A stretch of DNA of 64,000 bases from an uncultured bacterium (GTDB lineage Bacteria > Bacteroidota > Ignavibacteria > OLB7): assembly GCA_966250335.1 (NCBI GenBank), contig CBINGZ010000009.1:54120-118119 (forward strand). Reading direction: 5' to 3'. Each line of letters starts with the position of its first letter. The first letter of the stretch is position 1. The notes beneath the pieces are model-generated. The model made no database searches, had not been told where the DNA came from, and worked only from the letters and a program-made list of their open reading frames with translations. Below are positions 36,801 to 43,958 of this stretch, piece after piece. Both the position numbers and the translations under genes were made by a program.

Positions 36801-37208
36801 ACGCCCGGGCTGAACCTTGAACTGGTGACCGTCGATCTGATCGAGGCCGAGTCGCTGCTTGTGAGCGCGGAGCTGGCCCTGCGCGAACGGAATCTCTCCA
36901 GGGGGCGCGAGGCGCTTCTCGCCATGCTCGCCGTCACCCGCGGCGAGGTTCCCTATCCGGGGCTCTACGACAGATTCTTCGAGTCGGCGCGGGAGGAGTT
37001 CGAAAGCCGTTCCAGAAGGGCGATCGTGGAGGCTGCGCGTCGTCTTCTCGCCGAGGAGGATCATGCCGGCGCCGAGGAGCTGCTCGGGGCCGCCTTCGGC
37101 TGGATGAAGGAGGATGAGGAGATCGCCGAGCTTCTCGAGGAGACGCTCCGTGCCGCCGGCAAGGCGACCGAGGCGGTTCGCGTCCGGATGGCGGGGGCGA
37201 CGGCGTGA
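33828..37208 (+). CDS. Large P-loop NTPase (AAA_16/STAND-like) - helical region - C-terminal SARP (winged helix + BTAD) regulator, copy 1
   Basis: Walker A GEAGSGKSRLL and Walker B RRVLLVIEDIHLLE. About 750 aa follow with no catalytic motifs. C-terminal LTVTMLGAIQTIRPGEEPQRLRGARHQALLGLLV...VLRLREAIG...LVTVDL (OmpR/SARP wHTH), then ...AMLAVTRGEVPYPGLYDRFFESAREEFE...EEIAELLEETLRAAGKATEAVRV (BTAD-like). ATG 33828 chosen (MSSTPLFIEFLNHGTLPFVGR). Confidence 0.8.
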   Translation: MSSTPLFIEFLNHGTLPFVGRRAERDRIVAFWRGAPESHGLRAFLVIGEAGSGKSRLLDETFPAVMAAGGAVVHVRLRPEGAVSIAPLLAQGLWRSEIGRQILRQPPDESLPAVIALLRRLCGLRRVLLVIEDIHLLEGATLREFALLVEALADEHLALLAAARPVEIAARGTLESRPTEEMRLGTLTGEEIGEMWSGIFGGVPEPAIVTALLDATRGNALALRSVLRGAINAGAIGPERDGGWRVQVSRGAFAELAGRNARQLTLGMTSHLGDEERRVAALLSALGEVFSREAAAKLIPDGEEALLDSLLFRGVLVRSTTAASSINGARSDGMLLAFTHSLLHKTFAESTDHDVDRLVRTVLSRAPLYSVLPFQIIAGSAGAFTGTQEEIGDAIQLAYEITRHLSPTPDWQLVREAWRAAERLTAIHAGRSDPAAVREYSIRLIHLEIYLINRGRNFDPLSIKTIKEAAGRLMELTEEPLPEHLRPGRLHALAYAYDIHVDETQKPSPEIWDRAEALLELDPSLIVTAGYLNFLSFTANVTELIRKEDHFGILRQVESRYEMLIAWPDAGPAVIHEARTKIGSHLLQLYESEEEVLRRKREAVALLEIAAPFDWLAQFRVIELHVHTLDIPFVDPIVDAAAEAMRKLGVMTTYFITRRVRMVLDGARGEPWREIAAAARALVETCVYSFKPSFTVGLTAELLTAALLRNEMEWVDAIMEEYEASIANPMFPFCELLLAAIVRDRLPWACGIVVRHHASPTDWLYRSGRNDDLVVRMALAATGGSDPDGAEAAIADALVVLRKPILNYYDILTARCLIGLVESIWKRYPDSISRESRETIGSCVEAIVLWLHERRIGAYMIPTLDLCGRYLPPEQLEIWRGLAKDLEGAWSVTNDEPELKGESRLTVTMLGAIQTIRPGEEPQRLRGARHQALLGLLVAQALLKKKLQRAEFLALASGEIDDPEKARQWTNKAVLRLREAIGNEAIVTGGETPGLNLELVTVDLIEAESLLVSAELALRERNLSRGREALLAMLAVTRGEVPYPGLYDRFFESAREEFESRSRRAIVEAARRLLAEEDHAGAEELLGAAFGWMKEDEEIAELLEETLRAAGKATEAVRVRMAGATA

Positions 37209-37269
37209 GATACCTGATCGGATAGCGATGTTCGAACGTGTCGGCCGCCGGGTCCGATACATTTTCCGT

Positions 37270-37288
37270 CGGGGGGATCAGGCCCCCG
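37270..37288 (+). terminator. Weak candidate terminator after regulator copy 1
   Basis: CGGGGG-gatcagg-CCCCCG stem-loop followed by ggaattatttc, 62 nt after the stop at 37208. Confidence 0.35.
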
Positions 37289-37385
37289 GGAATTATTTCA
37301 TGGCTCGGATGTTGTGCAGAAGGATCACCCCGCCGGCCTTCCCGTGAAGGCTTCGCGGCTCTTATCGACAAGCCTTCGATCCTCC

Positions 37386-37967
37386 ATGTTGCTCACCCGG
37401 AATCTCGTTCCCGTTCTTTCGGCGGCACTCCTTCTTCTCTCCGCCTGTTCCGACACCGATACCGACACGGTTCCGCAAACCGATTCGAATATCGTACAGG
37501 GAGATACATCCGCAACCCCGTCCCTCCCGTCGTCCGACTGGACCGTGACGGTCGAGGGGGTCGGCCCCGTCCGGATCGGAATGAGTCTGGCCGAACTGCG
37601 CGGCGCGGTCGAACTCGAGGCGACGGAGATCGATTCCACGGCCTCCTGTTTCCATGTCCGACCCCGCAACGCGCCGGCCGGACTGCTGGTCATGATCTCC
37701 GGCGGCCGGGTCGCGCGGGTCGAGGTGACCGAGGCGGGGATAACGACCGGAGAGGGGGCGGCGGTCGGCGACGAACCGGGCCGGATACGCCAGCTCTACC
37801 CCGGAACGGTGACCGAGCAACCTCACAAGTACACCGACGGGAAGTACCTGATCGTGACCCCGCAGACGCCGGAGCGCCGGATCATTTTCGAGACCGACTC
37901 GACCCGGGTGACCCGTTTCAGGGTCGGGAAGACTCCGGAGGTGGAGTGGGTGGAGGGATGTTCGTAG
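37386..37967 (+). CDS. Hypothetical lipoprotein
   Basis: MLLTRNLVPVLSAALLLLSAC has the lipobox L-S-A-C, followed by an acidic/Thr-rich linker and a ~150-aa domain with no recognised motif. Confidence 0.6.
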   Translation: MLLTRNLVPVLSAALLLLSACSDTDTDTVPQTDSNIVQGDTSATPSLPSSDWTVTVEGVGPVRIGMSLAELRGAVELEATEIDSTASCFHVRPRNAPAGLLVMISGGRVARVEVTEAGITTGEGAAVGDEPGRIRQLYPGTVTEQPHKYTDGKYLIVTPQTPERRIIFETDSTRVTRFRVGKTPEVEWVEGCS

Positions 37968-38614
37968 GAGGGGGGGAGGGGGATTCCGGCGATGTCCGCT
38001 TCCATGGGAGGAAAATTCGTCCGAATTCGCACTTTTTTCTCGAAAAAATCCTCCTCCGATACGTCAAATCCCGTCGAACGCATCGATTTCCGCAGTATCT
38101 TGTTACACGCCGGAACAGGTCGGTTTCCCGGTTTCGACGGCATAGTCGATATCGGAGGATATACATTCCAGCCCATCCTCCCGACCGCCCTGTAACAGTC
38201 GGTACCTCTCACGATGTTGCGGGTCGAACCTCCGGCGGGTTCGATCTGTTGCCCGGGACCTCCTTCGGGGTCGCCTGAAACCGGCGTCCGAGCCGATCGG
38301 GCTCTCCCCGGGCCTTCTTCCTCCACGACTGTGACCGGCCATCCCCGGTGGGACGCACGCCTTTCTCGGGGAACACCAGAGGATCTTCCGAAGAGACGAC
38401 CGTTCACAGCCGACCGAACGTGCAGCGGACCTCCATGCCGTCGTTTCCCGGCGGTAAGTAAATCGACGGACCCCGATCGGCGACGATCACGCAGACCACG
38501 GGTGCGGTGCAGCTCCCGCTTCGGCATCAGGGATGCACACAGGACGCGTGTCTGAACCATACATATCACATCGGGTCGCTCAACCATCCTACAATAAGGC
38601 CTACGGAGAGTGCA

Positions 38615-40843
38615 ATGAACAGAAAGTTCGTCCTTGTGACACTATTTACCCTCATGGCGATGGGGGGAGTCGTAGCACAGGTGCCGCGTCAGATCAGTTA
38701 TCAGGGAATACTGACCGACGCAAACGGTGTCATCGTTCCCGACGGGAACCATGCTCTGGCCCTGAGCCTCTACGACGCGGCAACAGGCGGCACGGCTCTC
38801 TTCTCGGAATCTCATGACGTCGTGGTGAAAAAGGGAGTCTTCAATATCATCATGGGATCGAAGACCCCGCTCCCCCCGACTCTCTCGTTCGATCGCGCAT
38901 ACTTCCTCGGTGTCGCCGTCGACGGCGCCGCCGAGCTCAGCCCGCGCACGGCGCTGACGGCGTCCCCCTACTCGCTCCATGCGACGAGCGCCTCCACGGC
39001 GCAGTTCGCCGACAGCTCGCGCACGGCGGCATCGGCCAACGTTGCCCGCGGCCTTCTTCCCGGCGCCAGCGGCGTCGTGACGTCGCTCAACGGACAGTCG
39101 GGCGCGATCCAGCTCGTCGGCTCAGGCTCCACGACGGTCTCCAGCTCGGGGGGGCAGTTCACGATCTCCTCGACGATGGACAACAGCGGCATCGCCGAAC
39201 TTCGTACGACCAACGGCACGCTGCAGATCACGGACGCCGAGGGACCGCTCACGACGATCAACGTTGCTCCGGGCGGCATCAGCGCGCGTGAGCTGGCCGA
39301 GAATTCGGTCGGAAGCCTGGCGATCACCGACGGCGCCATCACCACCCGCAAGCTCGCCAACGAAGTGTTCGAGGAGCCGAAGATCGCTCCGGGAGCGGTG
39401 ACCGCCAGCAAGCTCGGCCTGAACGCCGTGACGGCGCCCAAGATCGCCGACGGCGCGGTCACGACGGCGAAGCTCGCCGACGCCTCCGTGACGGGAGCCA
39501 AGTTCAACACGACAGGCGCCGTCTCGGGACAGGCCCTGATCTACGACGGGTCGAAGGTCGGTTTCGCGTTCCCCTCGGCAGGCGCTCTTTCGCTGCCGTA
39601 CTCGCAGACCGCTTCCAACCCCAGCCCTCTCTTCTCGATCACGAACAGCGGGGCAGGAGGGGCCGGGAACTTCGCGGTCTCCGGCGCGGGGGGGGGCACG
39701 GCGCTCACCGGCAGCACGGCCGGCAGTGGAACGGCGGTCCTCGGTCTGCAGACCGGCGGCAGCGGTCGCGCCGGCTACTTCCAGTCGACCAGCAGCGCCA
39801 ACAACACGAACACGCTTGAGGCGACGACGGCCGGATCGACCGGCACGGCGATACTCGGCACGGCCACCGGCGGCAACGGCGTCTCCGGTGTCGCCAACAC
39901 CGGCAACGGCGTCAACGCCACAAGCACCAGCGGCAACGGTCTCAACGCCACCAGCACCGGCGGCAGCGCCGTCAACGCCAACAGCACCAACGGCAGCGGC
40001 GTCAACGCCGCGAGCACCAGCGGTCGCGCCGGCGTCTTCACGATCACCAACAGCGGCAACGCGAACGCCGCCCTCGATGCCAGCACGACCGGCACCGGCA
40101 ACGGTATCTCCGGCCTGAGCACCTCCGGTTTCGGTATCGTGGGACGGACGGCGTCGACGGCGCGCGCGGGAACGGTCGGAACGATGCAGACCACGTTCAA
40201 CTACCTCTCGAACAGCGGCGTCGCCGGCTACAGCCCGAACTCGTACGGAGTCAGCGGTGTGTCGGAAACCGGCCTGGCCGTGCTGGGATACGCGAACGGA
40301 GCAGGAGCCGTGGCCGGTTACTTCTTCGGCAACGTGACGGTAACGTCGAACGCGACGATCACCGGAACGCTCGCCAAGGGCGCCGGAACGTTCAAGATCG
40401 ACCATCCGCTCGATCCGGCGAACAAGTTCCTCTATCACTCGTTCGTCGAGTCGCCCGACATGATGAACATCTACAACGGCAACGCGATCCTGGACGGCTC
40501 CGGAAGCGCCGAGGTGACGATGCCGGAGTGGTTCTCGGTCCTGAACATGGAGTTCCGGTATCAGCTCACGGCTGTCGGAGCTCCGGGTCCGAACCTTCAT
40601 GTCGCCGAGAAGATCAACGGCAACCGTTTCCGTATCGCCGGCGGCGCGCCGGGAATGGAAGTCTCGTGGCAGGTGACCGGCATCCGCCAGGATCCGTACG
40701 CCAAGGCTCATCGTGTCCAGGTGGAAGTGCAGAAGTCGGATAAGGAGCGCGGCCGCTACCTGCATCCGGACCTCTACAACCAGCCGCGTGAGAACGCGAT
40801 CTACTACATACCGCCTCCCGTCTCCGGCCAGGCCGGAAACTAG
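38615..40843 (+). CDS. Secreted tail-fibre-like repeat protein with conserved C-terminal domain
   Basis: GGAGAG Shine-Dalgarno, then ATG 38615. Signal peptide MNRKFVLVTLFTLMAMGGVVAQ. N-domain ISYQGILTDANGVIVPDGNHALALSLYDAATGGTALFSESHDVVVKKGVFNIIMG, of the type that opens many Bacteroidota 'tail fiber domain' proteins. ~11-aa repeats (AVTAPKIADGAVTTAKLADASVTGAKF). Gly/Ser/Thr/Asn-rich repeats. C-terminal KIDHPLDPANKFLYHSFVESPDMMNIYNG... domain. Confidence 0.8.
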   Translation: MNRKFVLVTLFTLMAMGGVVAQVPRQISYQGILTDANGVIVPDGNHALALSLYDAATGGTALFSESHDVVVKKGVFNIIMGSKTPLPPTLSFDRAYFLGVAVDGAAELSPRTALTASPYSLHATSASTAQFADSSRTAASANVARGLLPGASGVVTSLNGQSGAIQLVGSGSTTVSSSGGQFTISSTMDNSGIAELRTTNGTLQITDAEGPLTTINVAPGGISARELAENSVGSLAITDGAITTRKLANEVFEEPKIAPGAVTASKLGLNAVTAPKIADGAVTTAKLADASVTGAKFNTTGAVSGQALIYDGSKVGFAFPSAGALSLPYSQTASNPSPLFSITNSGAGGAGNFAVSGAGGGTALTGSTAGSGTAVLGLQTGGSGRAGYFQSTSSANNTNTLEATTAGSTGTAILGTATGGNGVSGVANTGNGVNATSTSGNGLNATSTGGSAVNANSTNGSGVNAASTSGRAGVFTITNSGNANAALDASTTGTGNGISGLSTSGFGIVGRTASTARAGTVGTMQTTFNYLSNSGVAGYSPNSYGVSGVSETGLAVLGYANGAGAVAGYFFGNVTVTSNATITGTLAKGAGTFKIDHPLDPANKFLYHSFVESPDMMNIYNGNAILDGSGSAEVTMPEWFSVLNMEFRYQLTAVGAPGPNLHVAEKINGNRFRIAGGAPGMEVSWQVTGIRQDPYAKAHRVQVEVQKSDKERGRYLHPDLYNQPRENAIYYIPPPVSGQAGN
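39872..40021 (+). repeat. Five tandem 30-bp (decapeptide) repeats in the tail-fibre-like gene
   Basis: GNGVSGVANT / GNGVNATSTS / GNGLNATSTG / GSAVNANSTN / GSGVNAASTS. The nucleotide units ggcaacggcgtcaacgcca... are clearly reiterated. Confidence 0.85.
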
Positions 40844-40866
40844 GGGATTGGTCCCGACCCGATCAT

Positions 40867-40905
40867 GCGACGTGCGGCGCCTCAGAGATGAGCGCCGCAC
40901 GTCGC
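40867..40905 (+). terminator. Rho-independent-like terminator after the tail-fibre-like gene
   Basis: Perfect 14-bp stem GCGACGTGCGGCGC / GCGCCGCACGTCGC with an 11-nt loop, followed by tgttgtatgg. Starts 24 nt after the stop. Confidence 0.7.
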
Positions 40906-41019
40906 TGTTGTATGGAGGATCGTGATGTGATGTGTGGGGGTCGATCGCTCAGGGGTTGTCTTTTCGGTGATTCTTCAGTTCTGTTTGATCGTTGTTGTTC
41001 AAGGAATGAGAAGCGGATC

Positions 41020-41520
41020 ATGAGCACAGTCAGAGAGTTCACCTACAAACCACGCGTGATCCCGATGGTTCTCGGTATCGTATTCTTCGGCGTCTGTGCC
41101 GTCGTTGCCGGCTTCATTGCCCGGAGCGATGAAGAGAGGGTCAGAGTATTCTTCATGGAGCTTTCCGGAGAAAAAGCGGCGATCTTCTACTGGATCCTGT
41201 GCGGATTATCGGTCGGCTTTGTTCTCGTCGCGATATTTGGATTGATGACGCGTCCCCTTCGAAATCATCGCATCACGATTGATAACGCCGCGCTCGCCAT
41301 GCCAAGATTTATCTGGTCGCGCAACGATACGGTTGTTTTACTGGACGAGATCCTTGAGGTCGAAATGATGAAGATCCGAAGGGAACGTTTCATGGTCGTC
41401 CATCACGGGCACGGCAGGTTGAATATATCGCAGTCAATGATGGCCGACAGATCGGAATTCGAGGAACTGTATCGACTGCTCACACAGGCCACAACGGTCG
41501 AAGGGACCACACGATCCTGA
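41020..41520 (+). CDS. Two-TM membrane protein with C-terminal bacterial PH-like (bPH_2/DUF304-like) domain
   Basis: MSTVREFTYKPRVIPMVLGIVFFGVCAVVAGFIA...AAIFYWILCGLSVGFVLVAIFGLM, then HRITIDNAALAMPRFIWSRNDTVVLLDEILEVEMMKIRRERFMVVHHGHGRLNISQ, which fits YdbS/YdbT-type topology. The gene is visibly AT-richer than its surroundings. Confidence 0.55.
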   Translation: MSTVREFTYKPRVIPMVLGIVFFGVCAVVAGFIARSDEERVRVFFMELSGEKAAIFYWILCGLSVGFVLVAIFGLMTRPLRNHRITIDNAALAMPRFIWSRNDTVVLLDEILEVEMMKIRRERFMVVHHGHGRLNISQSMMADRSEFEELYRLLTQATTVEGTTRS

Positions 41521-41621
41521 ACACCCCGCTCCGCGCTCCCGTCCGATTCCTCGATCCGCAGCACCACTTCATTGCATTCCCTCCAATCCATCCCCACGAC
41601 CCGTCATTCCCTCACCGTAAC

Positions 41622-41685
41622 CTGAATGTTAATTTTTATGCATACTATTGCATAAACATACGTGATCGATGCATATTTGCGTAAA
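41622..41685 (+). promoter_or_regulatory. Putative ArgR operator (three ARG-box-like AT-rich elements) and promoter of the arg cluster
   Basis: cTGAATgttaATTTTtaTGCATactaTTGCATaaacatacgtgatcgaTGCATatttGCGTAaa: TGAAT/TGCAT half-sites spaced by 4 nt as in ARG boxes (TGAAT-w4-ATTCA type). It is the only strongly AT-rich stretch upstream of argC, and argR is encoded in the same cluster. Confidence 0.5.
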
Positions 41686-41697
41686 AGCAACGGGGAA

Positions 41698-42741
41698 ATG
41701 CACGTCCAACAGAGAATCAACATCGGAATCGTCGGCGCCACCGGATACGCCGGGGCGGAGCTGACGGAACTGCTCGTCCGGCATCCCGGCGTGCAGATCA
41801 GCAGGCTCTTCGCCGGAAACGGCGCGGGGAGCGAGGCGGCGTCGGTTCATCCCAGGCTCCGCGGACTCGTCGACATGCGATACGAGACCTTCTCGCCGGA
41901 GGCGGCCGCCGACTGCGATCTTCTCTTCACGGCGCTTCCGTCGGGGGAGTCGATGAATGCCGTGGCGGCGCTTGAGGGGAGCGGGATCACCGTCATCGAC
42001 CTGAGCGGCGACTTCCGGCTGGAGCCCGATTCCTACGAGGCCTACTACGGCCATGAGCACGTTGCGCCCCACCTGCTGCCGGGGGCCGTCTACGGTCTGA
42101 CGGAGTGGGCCCGTCCGGAGCTCACGACCTCGACCCTCGTCGCCAATCCCGGCTGCTATCCGACCGGGGCCGTGCTTCCGCTGGTTCCGCTCCTGAAAGC
42201 GGGGCTGCTGGGGGATGGGGGAGAGGCTGTGAAGGATATCGTCATCGCTTCGATGTCGGGCGCCTCCGGGGCGGGACGGAGCGGATCGCTCGCAACATCG
42301 TTCAGCGAGGTGAATGAGAATATCCGTGCGTATCGGGTCGGGAGCCATCAGCATATCCCGGAGATCGAGCGGGCGCTCCGGCGTCTCTCGGGCCGCGATG
42401 TGTCGGTCACCTTTACCCCCCATCTCGTCCCGATGACCAGGGGGATCTACACGACGATCTCCGCCCCGCTCGCCCCCGGCGTCGACTCGGCCGATGTCGC
42501 CGACGCCTACAACGACGCCTACGGGAGCGAGCAGTTCATCCGCGTGCTGCACGACGGGGTTCCGGAGATCGGAAGCGTCGTCCGCACCAACTGCGCGGAT
42601 ATCGGCTACAGGGTGGAGGAGCGTACCGGCCGGATCACGCTCCTCTCGACGATCGATAATCTCATGAAGGGAGCGGCGGGTCAGGCCGTCCAGAATTTCA
42701 ACGTTCTTATGGGTTTTCCCGAGGCACAGGCACTACGATGA
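41698..42741 (+). CDS. argC: N-acetyl-gamma-glutamyl-phosphate reductase
   Basis: INIGIVGATGYAGAELTELL (NAD fold) and active-site ANPGCYPTGAVLPLVPL. ATG 41698 is preferred over track GTG 41662 because the latter would lie inside the operator-like region. Confidence 0.92.
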   Translation: MHVQQRINIGIVGATGYAGAELTELLVRHPGVQISRLFAGNGAGSEAASVHPRLRGLVDMRYETFSPEAAADCDLLFTALPSGESMNAVAALEGSGITVIDLSGDFRLEPDSYEAYYGHEHVAPHLLPGAVYGLTEWARPELTTSTLVANPGCYPTGAVLPLVPLLKAGLLGDGGEAVKDIVIASMSGASGAGRSGSLATSFSEVNENIRAYRVGSHQHIPEIERALRRLSGRDVSVTFTPHLVPMTRGIYTTISAPLAPGVDSADVADAYNDAYGSEQFIRVLHDGVPEIGSVVRTNCADIGYRVEERTGRITLLSTIDNLMKGAAGQAVQNFNVLMGFPEAQALR

Positions 42742-43958
42742 TATCTCAGTACAGCACTCCCTGGCAGGGAGGGGTGACGGCGCCCGCGGGCTTCACGGCC
42801 GGCGGGATTCATTGCGGAGTCAGGCGCCGCAGGAAGGATCTCGCGATCATCCTGTCGGATACCCCTGCTGCGACGGCGGGAGTCTTTACCACCAACCGCG
42901 TGCAGGCCGCGCCGGTGCTCGTCACCAAGGCGCAGCTTCGCAAAGGGGAGGGATGCGCACGGGCGATCGTCATCAACAGCGGCAACGCCAACGCCTGCAC
43001 CGGCGAGCGCGGCCTTGGGGACGCCTGGGCGATGGCGGCCGCGACGGCCGCTTCCCTCGGTCTGTCGGACCATGAGGCTCTTGTCTCCTCCACCGGTGTC
43101 ATCGGACAGTTCCTGCCGATCGAGAAGCTGCTGGTCGGTATCGACGCCCTTGCCCCGCGCCTGACCCCGAACGGCAGCCCGGACGCGGCCGAGGCGATCA
43201 TGACCACCGACACCCATTCCAAGCAGTCGGCGGTGCGGCTGGAGCTGACGACCGGAACTATATATCTTGGTGCGATAGGAAAGGGCTCCGGGATGGTCGC
43301 GCCGAACATGGCGACGACCCTTGCGTTCGTGACCACCGACGCGAACCTTTCGGTCGATGTTCTGAACGAGGCGCTCCGCTACGCCAACGAGCGCTCGTTC
43401 AACAGGCTGACGGTCGACGGCGACACGAGCACGAACGATATGATCCTGGTGATGGCGAACGGCCGCGCCGGTCTGCCGCAGATCGCTCTCGACAGCGAGG
43501 ATTATATCCGGTTCCGAGATGCATTGGAGGGACTCCTCGTGCAGATCGCCAGGATGGTGGCGCGCGACGGGGAAGGGGCGACGAAGCTGATCGAGGTGCA
43601 TGTGGGGGGAGCCGCCGACGAGGCCACGGCCGCCGCCGCCGCCCGTTCGATCGCCAACTCCAACCTGGTGAAGACCGCCATCCACGGCGGCGACGCCAAC
43701 TGGGGACGGATCATCGCCGCGGTCGGCTACTCCGGCGTGGAGTTCGATCCCGAGCGCGTGGAGATCAGGTTGAACGGCGTTCCGGTGCTGGCAAGCGGAT
43801 ATCGTATTGTGATAGATGAGGATGCCGCCGCGGCCGCCCTCAAGCTCGACACCGTCTTCGTCGACGTCCTGCTGGGGCAGGGAACGGCCGAGGCGACCTT
43901 CTACACCTGTGATCTTACCAAGGAATATGTCCACATCAACGCCAGCTATCGCTCGTGA
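42738..43958 (+). CDS. argJ: Bifunctional glutamate N-acetyltransferase / amino-acid acetyltransferase
   Basis: GVTAPAGFTAGGIHCG, NSGNANACTG, autoprocessing site PNMATTLAFVTTDA, and C-terminal CDLTKEYVHINASYRS. ATGA overlap with argC. Confidence 0.93.
   Translation: MISQYSTPWQGGVTAPAGFTAGGIHCGVRRRRKDLAIILSDTPAATAGVFTTNRVQAAPVLVTKAQLRKGEGCARAIVINSGNANACTGERGLGDAWAMAAATAASLGLSDHEALVSSTGVIGQFLPIEKLLVGIDALAPRLTPNGSPDAAEAIMTTDTHSKQSAVRLELTTGTIYLGAIGKGSGMVAPNMATTLAFVTTDANLSVDVLNEALRYANERSFNRLTVDGDTSTNDMILVMANGRAGLPQIALDSEDYIRFRDALEGLLVQIARMVARDGEGATKLIEVHVGGAADEATAAAAARSIANSNLVKTAIHGGDANWGRIIAAVGYSGVEFDPERVEIRLNGVPVLASGYRIVIDEDAAAAALKLDTVFVDVLLGQGTAEATFYTCDLTKEYVHINASYRS

Noticed and set aside
33717-37262. 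1181-aa ORF on the minus strand, exactly antisense to regulator copy 1
   Set aside because: Its composition is Arg/Pro/Gly/Asp-dominated with no motifs, while the plus-strand partner carries Walker A/B and SARP motifs. This is the typical shadow ORF of a high-GC gene.
38221-38246. GGGTTCGATC-containing element reminiscent of a tRNA/tmRNA T-arm
   Set aside because: No acceptor stem, D-arm or anticodon arm can be drawn around it. It is just a 7-bp local hairpin (TCGAACC/GGTTCGA).
37238-38587. ORFs 37238-38278 (+), 37823-38587 (-) and 38214-38555 (+) covering the lipoprotein gene and the 647-bp spacer
   Set aside because: Arg/Gly/Pro/Ser-rich junk translations. The first is out of frame with the lipobox-bearing ORF. 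None has a recognisable domain.
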